A stretch of DNA of 36,058 nucleotides from Octopus bimaculoides (GCF_001194135.2 NC_068983.1:12010095-12046152), one strand, 5' to 3'; counted from the first letter of the stretch, positions 11,254 to 24,624 are shown. The notes: a model not told the origin generated them from the letters alone. Made by a program: numbers and translations.

Positions 11254-11445
11254 CAACAAGGACAGACAAAAGGATTAAGTCGATTACATCGACCCCAGTG
11301 CGTAACTGGTACTTATTTAATCGACCCCGAAAGGATGAAAGACAATGTCGAATTCGGCAGAATTTGAACTCAGAACGTAACGGCAGACGAAATACCGCTA
11401 AGCATTTCGCCCGGCGTGCTAACGTTTCTGCCAGCTCGCTGCCTT
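11254..11445 (-). mobile_element. SINE family A, near full length
   Basis: Reverse complement matches 19873-20107 (aaggcagcgagctggcagaaacgttagcacgccgggcgaaatgcttagcggtatttcg...). Confidence 0.9.
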
Positions 11446-12340
11446 CAAATTAGGTTATATTAGACAACACTTGCTCAAACTACCGATTAGAAGGATTGAA
11501 CCTGAAAGCCATGTGGTTGCAAAGCGAGCATCTGAACCACCCCTCTATGCTTGTGCTCTACTTCATATTAGTTTTCATCTTCGCATTGAACTTTTATTGT
11601 ATTCACCTCAGACTCCTCTGCGCTCTAATTCCATTCCATTATCTGACAACATTCACTTTCCAGCAATGTCTACGATGTTAGATGTAGTTTATAGCGTCAT
11701 TTAGAAATTGGTTTAGTGGTTCAGAGCCAGTGGGGCTTTCATACCATTCCTTTTTCTCCATTTAATTTTCCCATTCATTTCATCTCTCTCTCTTTTTTTT
11801 TTTTTCCATTGTGTTTTGTTATTGGACATCGGTGACCGCAAACTCAACTCTGAATCCACAGAATAAATATTGTTTTTCCTTTCATTCATTCTCCCTGTCC
11901 ATCTCTCTCCCCACCCTCTCTTTCCCCCCACACATATTCTGCAGAAGTAGAGTTGAAGTTAAGGTCACCGTTATCGATTTCTTTAACTTAAACTTTATTT
12001 TGTTTCTAGATAACTTCTGTTATATACATCTGTGTGTATTGTTTAGATCTACGTTGTTGTTTAAATCAGGGCTATCCCGCATTGAAGAGACATGTTCAGA
12101 GACATTCTAGTCGTGCCCATCCTGCATTTTTACCCCAGACTATATCATCCACTATCTTATCTCTTTTCTTTTAGTCACGAGACTTTAATTTGAGAGCGAT
12201 TTGGCTGCTATTTCTACCATGACATTGTAGCCTGTAAAAACTAATTTGGTGTGCATTATAACGTATCTTTACTTTCATCTTGCTCTCCACATCTCTCTAT
12301 CCTCCCCCCTCTCTCTCTCACACACCCGCACCTTATATCT

Positions 12341-12525
12341 CCTACTTGTTTCAGTCTTTGGTCTGCGGTCATGCTGGGGCATCGTCATGAACGCTTTAGA
12401 CGAGCAAATCAAGCTCAATACTAATTTTTGTTTTAACTCTGGAACTTAACTCTGTCGGTCTCTGAGTTGCAAAGTCACGGGGAAGTAAATAAACCAACAC
12501 CGGTTGTAAATCGGTGGAGAAAGGG
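12341..12525 (-). mobile_element. SINE family B 3' half, decayed
   Basis: cttgtttcagtc...ctgcggtcatgctggggca...aaaccaacaccggttgt. Confidence 0.6.
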
Positions 12526-12837
12526 ATAATTAAGGTCAGTGTTTAAGTATATTACAAATCCTACAAAAGCTTATGGGAAGAAACTCCTTCGGGCAAAAAT
12601 CCCACGGAGAAAATTCTCTTCGACAAATCAACCACAAAGTTGAATATTGAAGTAAAAAAAAAAGTAAAGTATAAAAAAAAAAACAAAAAGCAAAAACAAA
12701 ACTTCGCCAGAGATTTCAATGGAAATAACCATCAAAATCATCAGTTTACTAATCTATTAATTGTTAATTTTGGTTTAATACAAATAAAGCAAGTGAAAAC
12801 TAATATACTAATATTTTCTTTATAAGAAATTCGCGTT

Positions 12838-12930
12838 TCTTCTTCTTCTTCTTCTTCTTCTTCTTCTTCTTCTTCTTCTTCTTCTTCTTCTTCTTCTTCT
12901 TCTTCTTCTTCTTCTTCTTCTTCTTCTTCT
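12838..12930. repeat. (CTT)n microsatellite
   Basis: Direct reading. Confidence 0.97.
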
Positions 12931-12969
12931 AACGGACTTCATATCGTACTACATCGCATCTTTCCACAG

Positions 12970-13360
12970 GATCTTAGAATTAACGATGCTGAAAACGTTG
13001 AAGAGTTGGTGACAGTTGTTAAGGCCCGGATAAATGTGGAAGACCGTAAGTGTTTCAAAAAAGACTCAGTACCTTCTAAGAGAGCCCACATAGCCCAAGA
13101 GATGATGTCAGACAATCTTTACAATCATCATGTGATACCAAACTTGTGGCTTCCAGACTCGTCAGATTTAGATCTTATGCACTACTGCCTTTGGAGCGTT
13201 GTTGAGGAGGAGACTAATCGACATCCACACAGCACCATAGCTTCATTGACGGCCGTCATTGTTCACCTGATGTCCTAAATAAATACTGACCTTTTAGTGA
13301 AGATATGTCAGCGATTCCGGTCCCGTACAGAAGCAGTCTTCGAGGCCGAAAACAGGGACA
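12970..13360 (+). mobile_element. Tc1/mariner-superfamily transposase C-terminal remnant
   Basis: ORF 13006-13278: VVKARI...FKKDSVPSKRA..AQE....LWLPDSSDLDLMHYCLWSVVEEETNRHPH resembles FQQDSAPAH...WPPNSPDLNPLDYxVW; continues C.RFRSR.EAVFEA. Confidence 0.8.
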
Positions 13361-13380
13361 GAATAATCTTCTATCTTCTA

Positions 13381-13565
13381 TCTTCTTACAGTCATCTGAC
13401 TGCGGTCATGCTGGGGCAACACATTGAAGGATTTTAGTCGAACAAATCGACCCTAGGATTTACTTTTTAAAGCCTAGTACTTATTCTATCTGTCGCTTTT
13501 GCCGAACTGCTAAGTTACATAGATATAAACACACCAACACCGGTTGTCAAGCAGTGTTGGGGGAA
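13381..13565 (-). mobile_element. SINE family B 3' half
   Basis: cagtcatctgactgcggtcatgctgg...aagcctagtacttattctatc...gccgaactgctaagttac...ggttgtcaagc. Confidence 0.8.
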
Positions 13566-13579
13566 CCAGCACAGGCTCC

Positions 13580-13727
13580 ATTGACTCCAGTACTTAATCT
13601 ATTGACTCCGAAAGGATAGAAGGCAAAGTCGACCTCGGCGGAATTTGAACTCAGAACGTAAAGACGGACGAAATGCCGCTAAGCATTTTGTCCGGCGTGC
13701 AAACGATTCTGCCAGCTCACCACCTTC
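13580..13727 (-). mobile_element. SINE family A
   Basis: gaaaggatagaaggcaaagtcgacctcggcggaatttgaactcagaacg...gattctgccagctcaccacctt. Confidence 0.85.
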
Positions 13728-14752
13728 ATATATGCTTAATGAGATGACTAAATGCATACTTGTTTTAGGCATACAGATCCGTCCTATGCTTCACACCCAT
13801 CAAGGCTCTTTAGTATTTGCGTGAAACTTACCATTCTCCATAATGAAATATAGAATGGATTCTTGACCTTGAAATTTTAAGGTCTGACTTAATTAAATTT
13901 TGGCTGATGAAGCGCGTTGCAAAGCTATTTACTAAATCCGTAGTACACACACACACACTGCCTCTCTCCCTCTGTCACACACCCACCCACTTGCTCACTC
14001 ACTCACTCACGCATCTGCACACAAGTGCACACACGCACATTTGTAACACAGCGTACGAGAATACGTGGCTGCGTGCGTTGGCAATCATGAATGTAAGAAA
14101 TGCGTACAATCTAAAACAAAAACCCCGTAAAATATACTGGAGTCAGGGAAAAAGAGCGGGAAAAACTAAGCGAGGATAAAGAAAGAAAGTGAAGCTAAAA
14201 CAAGTGACTAAAAAATATATACAAAAAGACACAGGTCAATTAACTATGAAATTAAATAAATCACAGCCTAGTGTGTGTAAGCACACACGTTCACACACAC
14301 ACACATACGCACACGCACACATATGCATGTACATGCTTGTAAATGAATAACATGCGTTTGATCTTAAGGTACGCATGTGCAAGCACCAAATTGCTCACGG
14401 CACAATTATGGTAAAATGTATTGAATCTGTGATATATAAGTGCAGGTGGAAGTGATTAAATGTCTATGTTTATTTGCTCAGGTATCCAAGTGGATAACTG
14501 CTATACTTGATGTTCATCGCTATTGAGAAGTATCCCCTCAGACAGCTGCATGAGACCATGGTATGGACCTGAATTCGTTTTTGATAAATTTATGAGAAGG
14601 GGAAGATCAGCGCCCATAACGTATTTCAAGGATCTTGAGACTTGCTAGGGGTTATGAGAACACAGATATGGCTTCAACGGTTTCAATACTGGATGGGATA
14701 CCACAAATGAGACCGTGGGGCTTGTAACGAGTTAAGTCAATGACCCTAGTGC

Positions 14753-14801
<49 letters not shown>

Positions 14802-15775
14802 ACACACACACATATGTTTCTTCTTTTGTAAATGCTTTGAAAGTCTATTATGAACAAGAGAAGGAAAATATTTACATTTTTCAATCAAAATATGCTACCG
14901 GTTTCAATTGTTTAATAAGACAGTTCAGTCACGCTATAAGAGAGGTGAAAATGCATTGAAATTGAATTAAATTAATCTATCAGGACATGAGTTTTAGAAC
15001 TTCGCATCTTCTAAAAAAAAAATATCATATAATGCTAGTAGTTGGTTGTCTTCTGATTGTTGCTGGTTTGGACGACATAAACGCATATATATGTATATAT
15101 ATGTATATGTATGTATACATGTATATATGTATGTATATATCGGTACAGGACGTCACCTACGGTATAAAGAACATGAAGTACGAAATCAAACGAGTTGAAT
15201 ACGCAAAGAACAAGCCCCCCCCAAAAAAAAATGGAAAACAGGACAAGTAACGCAAAGAACGACCCTTCATCAGTTGTCGGCTGTCTATCTACTCCTCATT
15301 TCGAGTATTCAACGACAATATGAGTCTTCGAAGACAGTTGCTTCCATAAATTCCAAAATGAAATTTTGGATTTATGGAAGGTCAAAGTTGGGAACAAAAA
15401 CAGGACAGTGGAGACATAGTAGGAAACCGAACGAAAACAAATATATATACACACGTACATGTGTGTATTTGTGTGTCTCTACATGGGAACACATACACAT
15501 TCCTATATACATTTATGTGCACGTACATACACACATATGCATTTACATTTAGGGATGTATATGTGTATGCTCATACTGCGTGCTGGTTTGTTTTTCTGTT
15601 CGTGATTCGTTCGGGGATTTAATGAGACGCTAGAGGCACTTTTCTAGTGATGTAAAAATACATTGAAGATCACGTCAACATACAGTGTTATCTATCGAAC
15701 GGGAAGTTGCAGAAATTAAAATATCAACAAAAAAAAAAAAATCCGAATGCTTATTCAGATAACACGTGATATATT

Positions 15776-15930
15776 NNNNNNNNNNNNNNNNNNNNNNNNN
15801 NNNNNNNNNNNNNNNNNNNNNNNNNNNNNNNNNNNNNNNNNNNNNNNNNNNNNNNNNNNNNNNNNNNNNNNNNNNNNNNNNNNNNNNNNNNNNNNNNNNN
15901 NNNNNNNNNNNNNNNNNNNNNNNNNNNNNN
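15776..15930. other. Assembly gap (N run)
   Basis: 155 N. Confidence 1.
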
Positions 15931-16551
15931 ATATATATACATGCATACATACATACATATATACATGCATACTCACACACATTATCCCCCATGGGATATG
16001 AAAAGTAGGTCAGTAAACCTAGCCATTATCACACTGTGAACGAAGTGGCGCTTGAAATACGGATATTGGAGAGATAACAAATAATACGATACATAAATAT
16101 ATCATAGAGCATTACTATTTTTGACCGTAATATCGGAAGTGATCTCTACGTTGATAAAGATGAGAACACGGAAGAAAGACGATGCGTACGAGATCAATGA
16201 ATCATATGATTATGATGATAGTAATGAACGACGATGGTAAAGAAACATCAGGCTATGACGCTGTTGACTACGACAGCGTTGGCGGCAAGCCAAATGGGAG
16301 CATACACGCGCACACGTGGTCATATGAGCTGCTAGAGATAGCAGCCAAATCTCTTTAACTTACCGTGTTTTCCGGTATACAAGTCGAATCTTTGAGATCA
16401 AAATTTACAACCAAAAATTCTATGAACTGCAGCAGGATTATGAAAGTGTTGATGTTTGCATGTCTACACAACATGTTCACAGTATATACTACATCCAGTG
16501 TTGGAAAATAAGGTAAAAGGCAAGCGTATATAGCTGAATATACATGGACAC

Positions 16552-16938
16552 GTGGAGGCTCAATGGCCCAGTGGTTAGGGCAGCAGACTTGCGGTCATAG
16601 GATCGCGATTTCGATTCCCAGACCGGGCGTTGTGAGTGTTTATTGAGCAAAAACACCTAAAAGCTCCATGAGGCTCCGGCAGGGGATGGTGGCGAACCCT
16701 GCTGTACTCTTTCACCACAACTTTCTCTCACTCTTACTTCCTGTTTCTGTTGTGCCTGTAATTCAAAGTGTCAGCCTTGTCACACTCAGTGTCACGCTGA
16801 ATATCCCCGAGAACTACGTTAAGGGTACACGTGTCTAGGGAGTGCTCAGTCACTTGCACGTTAATTTAACGAGCAGGCTGTTCCGTTGATCGGATCAAGT
16901 GGAGCCCTCGACGTCGTAAGCGACGGAGTGCCAACAAC
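16552..16938 (+). mobile_element. tRNA-derived SINE family C, full length
   Basis: A box TGGCCCAGTGG, B-box-like tttcgattccc, ends gtcgtaagcgacggagtgccaacaac; ~95% similar by eye to the inverted copy at 19025-19417. Confidence 0.92.
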
Positions 16939-17360
16939 ATACACAGACACGCACGCTAAATACATACATGATTGCATACTCACTTATACGCATTTATCAA
17001 AATTACTGTTTGTTAAAAAACATAGAACACCACTTCCGATTAAGTGCTCAATATAGCTCAAAATGGAGAACGGATCTTTGTGGTTATCGTTACTGCATGT
17101 CGAAATTTTTTAAACAAGTTTTTAATGTATCATATTGATGTAATTTTTGATGCTGAGTCCTGCAGAGTTACATAATTTATTTAAAGTTACAAACGATTTG
17201 TTACTTGAAGCGATAAACCCTCAGTATGTACACGCACGTGCACGCACACACATACTGCAAACACACACACACTCTCACACACACACACTCTCTCATACAC
17301 ACACACACTCTCTAACACACACACACTCTCTCTCTCTTATGCACACACACAAGCATACGT

Positions 17361-18415
17361 ACGCAGACAGAGGAATCGGGAGTAGAGGATGGAGAGCTTG
17401 GACTGGGTAAAATGGGAGGAGGAGAAGTTAACGTATGAGTGTGAGACGGTGTCTTAGTAGTAGATGGAAGTAGTGAGAGTGGAGTTGTGCATGTTGACCG
17501 AAATGTCGAGAAGTTCAACGGAGGTGTTGGAAATATTGCAAGAGAATTCGAGGGCAGGATGAAAGGATTGGACAAAAGAGAGGAATGAGCCTAGTTGTTC
17601 ACGGGAGAGTGAGGTCGCATGGATACAGTCATCATTATAACGACCGTATAATTCGGGAGCGGGACCAGTGAATCGTGAGAATATTTGGGCCTCAACGTAG
17701 CCAACGAACAAGTTCGCATAGTTGGGGCCCATTCTCGTTCCCATGGCCACTCCCGAAAAGTACTGGTAAAAATTGCCCGCAAATAAGAAGCAGTTGAGGG
17801 AGAGAACAAGTTCGGGCAGACGAAGAAGTGTGGAGATGTCAGGTTGGCAGTTGGGTCGAAGGTCTAAGAAGTGTTTGAATGCATGAAGTCTTTCGTTGTG
17901 TGGGATCACGGTATATAGTTTCTTGATATCCAGAATGAAAATAAATTTAGGAGGTCCAGGAGGGAAAGAGAAAGAGTTGAAGAGACGGAAAGCATGGTTA
18001 GCGTCGTAGATGTGGGAGGGGAGAGAAGCCACTAGGGTGAGGGGCAAGGACACGGTCGAGGTATTTTTGAGATCAGTTCCGTGAGGCAGTTACAAGCAGA
18101 GACGATGGGGTGACCAGTGTTGTTGGACTTGTGGATTTTGGGAAGGAAGTAAATTGTGGGGATGCGTAAAGTGCGGACAATGAGATTGGAGGCGGTGGAA
18201 GGGAGACGGGAGGAGGAGATGAGGTCATAGATAGTGGAGGACACAGTCTGTTGGTAGTTAGACGGGGGTTGGAGGGCAGAGGGCAATAGAAGGAGGTGTC
18301 TTGAAGTTGGCGGAGAGCTTCAGCCTTGTAGAGATCTGCGCGCTATACTACCACGGCTCCACCCTTGTCAGCCGGTTTTATGAGAGTTCGGCTGGGAAGA
18401 TGTTAAAATGTCGGG
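17361..18415 (-). mobile_element. Penelope-like element reverse transcriptase, decayed fragment
   Basis: IKPADKGGAVVV*RADLYKAEALRQL; IYFLPKIHK....HPIVS; DIKKLYTVIPH; GVAMGTRMGPNYANLFVG; RYNDD; HPALEFS....SVELLDI; SSSH...K.SI.YSRFLCLR. These are PLE RT and thumb motifs, with frameshifts. The GIY-YIG domain is not seen. Confidence 0.9.
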
Positions 18416-19024
18416 GACTCTATATCATAGAGGAAATAAACGTACTCTACCAGCGGGTATTAGTTGACTTAGTGACATAGTAAGAAGTCATAGCTATAAA
18501 GAGTGTGATAAAATTTATTTAATTCTACTGCGAATAGGTGATGTTAATACCAATAATGGTGACACTGTTAATAATGAAGATAATAACAATGTTATCGATA
18601 AGTAGTGTCAGAACAGTTTTTGTATTGCTTGTGTTACAAATACGGAACATTGAAATGAAAGTTATCAGATTTCAGCTAAATTAAGAGAAGATACGAATTG
18701 TGTAAGACTTCAACAATAATCTGTAAGATGTGAACTAGAAGTTGATGATACATATAAACATAATGGACCTCCAATAAATAAACAAACGAGTGAGAATCTA
18801 TAGAGTCGATTTCTTTTCTAGAATTAGTTGTCAAGCGTAATTTAAATGACGCTCTGTTGTCTTGGAAACACAAGAGAAATATCAGATAACGTAGTCCTAG
18901 GTACACAATGTCCAAGAGATGGATGGGGTAGTTAACTGTGGTTATAGATCTGCTTAATCACTTCTGACCTGGGTCTTAAGAAAATGGTAATGAAGATCGT
19001 AATGGAATGATGAAGTCCTACATA

Positions 19025-19417
19025 TTGTTGTTGTTGTTGGCACTTCGTCGCTTACGACGTCGAGGGTTCCAGTTGATACGATCAACGGAACAGCCTGCTC
19101 GTGAAATTAACGTGCAAGTGGCTGAGCACTCCACAGACACGTGTATCCTTAACGTAGTTCTCGGGGATATTCAGCGTGACACAGTGTGACAAGGCTGACC
19201 CTTTGAATTACAGGCACAACAAAAACAGGAAGTAAGAGTGAGAGAAAGTTGTGGTGAAAGAGTACAGCAGGGTGCGCCACCATCCCCTGCCGGAGCCTCG
19301 TGGAGCTTTTAGGTGTTTTCGCTCAATAAACACTCACAACGCCCGGTCTGGGAATCGAAACCGCGATCCTATGACCGCAAGTCCGCTGCCCTAACCACTG
19401 GGCCATTGCGCCTCCAC
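19025..19417 (-). mobile_element. tRNA-derived SINE family C, full length, (CAA)n tail
   Basis: Reverse complement of the 16552-16938 family sequence. Confidence 0.92.
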
Positions 19418-19785
19418 AGTCGTACATATAATGCGTTTAGAAAAAGCAAAACATTTGGATGGGCATTATAGAAATACACTGATTTTAGAAGTACCCGCTA
19501 AGAGATGAATCGAGGCTAAACAACATGTCAAAGTAACTTGTATGAATAAATATATTACAGTGTTTTTTTTTTAAGACAGCTGTTATGTACCGTTCTAGAT
19601 TAAAGAGCATTATAAACAATGTATAGAAGGAAGCATAACTTACTCGTAACCAGTGATACAAGTGAGTTAAGCTATTTTCTGTGTGTATGTTTGTATGTTT
19701 GCACATTTCAGGTTATGTAAACAACGTAATGTTACAAAAGAAACAATGCACCGACATAAACTAGAACATTAAAAAGTTAAAAAAA

Positions 19786-19834
<49 letters not shown>

Positions 19835-19872
19835 GGAATAGACATTTCACGTAACAGAAAATAAGAGCAGAT

Positions 19873-20107
19873 TAAGGCGGTGAGCTGGCAGAAACGTTAG
19901 CACGCCGGGCGAAATGCTTAGCAGTATTTCGTCTGCTGTTACATCCTGAGTTCAAATTCCGCCGAGGTCGACTTTGCCTTTCATCCTTTCGGGGTCGATA
20001 AATTAAGTACCAGTTACGCACTGGGGTTGATGTAATCGATTGAATCCCTTTGTCTGTTCTTGTTTGTCCCCTCTATGTTTAGCCCCTTGTGGGCAATAAA
20101 GAAATAT
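19873..20107 (+). mobile_element. SINE family A, full length, with 16-bp target-site duplication
   Basis: tRNA-like head with B box gagttcaaattcc; core gccgaggtcgactttgcctttcatcctttcggggtcgataaattaagtacc (resembles the Meta-type SINE domain, from recall); TSD gaaaataagagcagat at 19857-19872 and 20108-20123. Confidence 0.92.
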
Positions 20108-21304
20108 GAAAATAAGAGCAGATAACCTGTCTGTCTGTCTACACAAATACACACACACACACACACACATGTGCACATGAGCTTGCGAAAAAAAAAAAAA
20201 GTCACTCATTGATTTTTTCCACTTTCTTTTCCTAAGATACGATTTATCTTCTTTGTAGATAAATGTGAGAATTTAAATTGCGTTTTTGGATTAATTGCAA
20301 ATTTAATTTGATAAAAAAAAACAACAACAACAATGAAAACCATTGAGGAAAAAGGATATCGATGAACTTACACATGGTTAAGTGACCAGCTTATATTGAT
20401 GCGGAAAGCCCAATCGAGAAATAGTTTAAATTTTCGGTATCAACTATGAAATAGTGAATAATATAACCGAGTGACGTATTGCAGGAGGCCATGGCCGTCG
20501 TTAAAAACGAGACCTAAGGAGCATGAGAAAGTTTCTGACAGTGAACAATGAAAGAATATTCAGCCAATGTTTCACTCTTGGGAACCAGATTGTTTGCAAG
20601 AAACAATTAAATATGGAAGAGTTGGAGGCATTGTATAGGAGGAAACTATTTGTGAGACAGGCAACTCAGAGCTAATTTCCACGAAAATCATTTACATTGT
20701 TCAAAATACTGCTAAATATTTGAAAAGTGTTTATTACTCAATCAACTCTAATTTTGGAATTGATAAGAAAACTACCCATTTTCGGGAAGGTTTATCTCCA
20801 TGGATTACAAGCCTGGAAAAATCTCATGGAATCGAATAACTGAAATGATTTGCCCATAGGCCCGATACTAAATCTAATACATTATGCATGAGAACATCGG
20901 AGATTACAGTAATTACAGAGTTAAATGGTGGGTAAAGCTGGTTTAATCTTTTATTAACAATTTAATCAAATCCATGCTTATTCGAATGGAATCTGTGATA
21001 TACACCAAAAGGCCTCTGAAATGCTGAGAAAAACGTACATTTATTTTGGATAAATTTTCAAGAAGTTTTTACAAGTTAAACGAACGATGCCTTTATTACT
21101 CTGTATACAAAGTTATGGTATCACTGTATACATGTAAGTGTATGTATGTATGTATGTATGTATGTATGTATGTATGTATGTATGTATGTATGAGTGTATA
21201 CATGTATGGATGTTTGTATGTACATATTAACATATTAACATANNNNNNNNNNATGAGTGTATACATGTATGGATGTTTGTATGTACATATTAACATATTA
21301 ACAT

Positions 21305-21494
21305 AGGCGTAGGAGTGGCTGTGTGGTAAGTAGCTTGCTTACCAACCACATGGTTCAGGGTTCCGTCCCACTACGTGACACCTTAGACAAGTGTCTTCTA
21401 CTATTGCCTCGGGCCGACCAAAGCCTTGTGAGTGGNNNNNNNNNNCCAGCATGGCCACAGTCAAATGACTGAAACGAGTAAAAGAGTAAAAGAG
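21305..21494 (+). mobile_element. SINE family B with its middle collapsed into a 10-N gap
   Basis: Head and 3' end (ccagcatggccacagtcaaatgactgaaacgagtaaaagag) lie on either side of the Ns. Confidence 0.85.
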
Positions 21495-21726
21495 TTTAAT
21501 TTATATATTTATGTGTGTGTGTGTGTATGTGTGCGTGTGCGTGTGTGTGTTTATAATGCAAACACACGCAGACACAAATGGGTACACTAGAAGAATGTCT
21601 GCAATACAAGGATGACCCGTAACCGCGTATGTTCCTTCCGACTGCTGCCATATGCACTCATTTTGTTTGTGTTGGTGTATGTGTGTGACTGTGTTTTTAC
21701 GTCTGGTTGTATGTATTCGTGTAGAA

Positions 21727-21758
<32 letters not shown>

Positions 21759-22732
21759 GCATGTGTATAAATGCTCACCCACATAGGAAGTAATATTAGC
21801 CGAACTCAGCCGGCCAACAGTATATTTATACGTTTAATTTTTACTCATTATTCACATTATGATACTTGACATTATTTGTCTCGTGCACATCGATGCACTT
21901 TCGTTTGTACACTTCAAATTTAATACAAGCTCACACACACTCAAACATATAATTTCACATTATTCACTCGGTAAGCTGGAAAGAACTTCGCCAAACAGTA
22001 ACAATACTGACGCCAAGAAGATAAATAAATCCGTCAATAGCCCGTATGTAATCTCGCTGATTCCACCTGATTATTAAGTAACTGAACACTTCAGGGCTTC
22101 ATTCGCCGCGTCAAATTAGCTAACCATCTGTGCAAATAATATATAGCTTCTAGGAAAGTCTGTTTACCAGCGAAATCCTCGGTGAACTGGATAATATATA
22201 TATGCGACTCCTTATATTAACAACCGTTAGCTCTAATCATTGAAGAACACAGTAGCAGATAAGACTATTTACATAATGCATTTCAAATGTTAAGTAGAAG
22301 AATTAGTAATAGGAATACTTAAGGCAGTCGGTATTGAAACAACAGACGTTTATATCTTGAGATGCCTTCCTAGCCAGCGGAAAGATACCAAGACAAATAA
22401 ATAATGTATTGAAGGTTGGTGGTAAAACAAAATGTAATTTAGTCGCAAAGTATTTCCTTGATGGAGTTAGAGGTGAGAAACTATTGGAAATAACAGTTTG
22501 GCAGCGCAATGCACGCGCCTGCGCGCACACACACATACCACACACACACACACATGCACTCACAATTCCATATACATTTTTTCATATATACAGGCACAGA
22601 CACACATACATACAGGTATACATAAGCACAAACATACACATGCATACACGTATAACTATCATAAATATTAATGCATTTCCACATATATTTCCACTCTCAT
22701 ATACACGGTGTACAAGTTCATATGTATGTATA

Positions 22733-22881
<149 letters not shown>

Positions 22882-22913
22882 ATTTACATATAAGTAGATA
22901 TAAATATATGTAT

Positions 22914-23366
22914 TCTCTTTACTTGCTCTTTATCTTGTTTCAGTCATTTTGAGTGCGGCCATGCTGGACTTTTAGTTGAGCAAATCGACCACAGGACTTA
23001 TTCTTTGTAAGCCTAGTACTTATTCTATTGGTTTCTTATGGCCGAACTGCTAGGTTACGGGGACCGTAAACACACTACCATCAGTTGTCAAGCGATGTTG
23101 GGAGGACAAACACAGAAACACAAACATATACGCATACATATATACGTATATATACATATATATGTATATATACATATATATGTATATATACATATATACG
23201 ACAAGCTTCTTTCAGTTTCCGCCTACTACCAAATCCACTCACAAGGCTTTGGTCGACCCGAGGCTATAGTAGGAGACACTTACCCAAGGTGCCACGCAGT
23301 GGGACTGCACCCGGACCCATGTGGTTGGTAAGCAAGCTACTTATCAAACAGCCACTCCTGCGCCTA
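22914..23366 (-). mobile_element. SINE family B, full length (head, internal TA-rich microsatellite, 3' domain)
   Basis: Reverse complement aligns end to end with 23781-24190. Confidence 0.9.
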
Positions 23367-23400
23367 GGTATATGTGTATGCATGTGTGCATACACCTACA

Positions 23401-23461
<61 letters not shown>

Positions 23462-23482
23462 ATATATATATATATATATATA
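23401..23482. repeat. (CT)n followed by (TA)n microsatellite
   Basis: Direct reading. Confidence 0.95.
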
Positions 23483-23780
23483 TCTATCTTGGTTGCTATA
23501 TTAACGTATATGGGATACAGGAATATAGGCACATATAGAACTACACATTTACAAAAACATTCATGAGTGATATATACACAAAAATGCTAACAATCGAGTG
23601 TGACATGCTAGAAATAGAAGGCAGAACTTCCTTAAACTGCTTCGTATCTTCTTTAATAAGGATACCTCTGCTAATTTGTTCCTTGTTTACTTGCATATAG
23701 GGTGGCGACAGGATGGTCAAAACTGGAATGTCTTTGATCATAGGCATGCGTCAACTTAGAACAATATCAACGAAAATTCA

Positions 23781-24190
23781 CAGGAGTGGCTGTGTGGTAA
23801 GTAGCTTGTTTACCAGCCACATGGTTCCGGGTTCAGTCCCACTGCGTGGCATCTCGGGCAAGTGTCTTCTACTATAGCCTCGGGCCGACCAAAGCCTTGT
23901 GAGTGAATTTGGTAGACGGAAACTGAAAGAAGCCCGTCGTATGTATATATATGTATATATGTATGTGCGTGTGTATATGTTTGTGTGTCTGTATTTGTCC
24001 CCCCACCAACATCGCTTGACACCCGATGCTGGTGTGTTTACATCCCCGTAACTTAGCGGTTCGGAGAAAAGAGACCGATGGAATAAGTACTAGGCTTACA
24101 AAGAATAAGTCCTGGGTCGATTTTCTCGACTAAAGGCGGTGCTCCAGCATGGCCGCAGTCAAATGACTGAAACAAGTAAAAGAGTAAAAG
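23781..24190 (+). mobile_element. SINE family B, full length
   Basis: caggagtggctgtgtggtaagtagcttg...ggttccgggttcagtccc...gaaagaagcccgtcg-(TA/TG)n-gtccc...aataagtactaggcttacaaagaataagtcc...gactgaaacaagtaaaagag. Confidence 0.92.
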
Positions 24191-24271
24191 AGAGAGAGAG
24201 AGAGAGAGAGAGTATGTATGTATGCATACATGCACACATACATACATACGCATACACAGATACATTAATAA

Positions 24272-24624
24272 TGTGTGGTGAGAAGTTTGCTTCCCAATGA
24301 CATGGTTCCGGGTTCAGTCCCACTGCGTGGAAACATAGATAAGTGTCTTTTTTTTTATAGCCTTGGGCCGACCAAAGCTTTGTGAGAGGATTTGGCAGAA
24401 AGAAACTGAAAGAAACCCGTCGTGTATATATATATGTACGTGTGAGTGTGTGCATGCATGTATACACACACACACACACACACATATATATGTATATATA
24501 TGGGATGCATTCAATTCCATTACATCGTTCCCCACCCGTTAGGGAGCAGTGTAGAAGTAAGCCGAAACGATCATTGTCCTAAATAAAATTTCTAGTACAC
24601 TCGGTCTTCAGTATTAATCATTTA

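Noticed and set aside
15140-15420. Repeat-like segment with CUGAUGAAGGG on the minus strand (15273-15267)
   Set aside because: No downstream stem II or GAAA-NUH can be fitted. It may be a PLE-related remnant but is not a supportable hammerhead.
20400-20850. Moderately long near-open frames in unique sequence
   Set aside because: Interrupted by stops, with no recognisable domain or convincing splice sites.
21192-21303. 51-bp direct duplication either side of a 10-N gap
   Set aside because: Typical unmerged contig overlap; most likely an assembly artefact.
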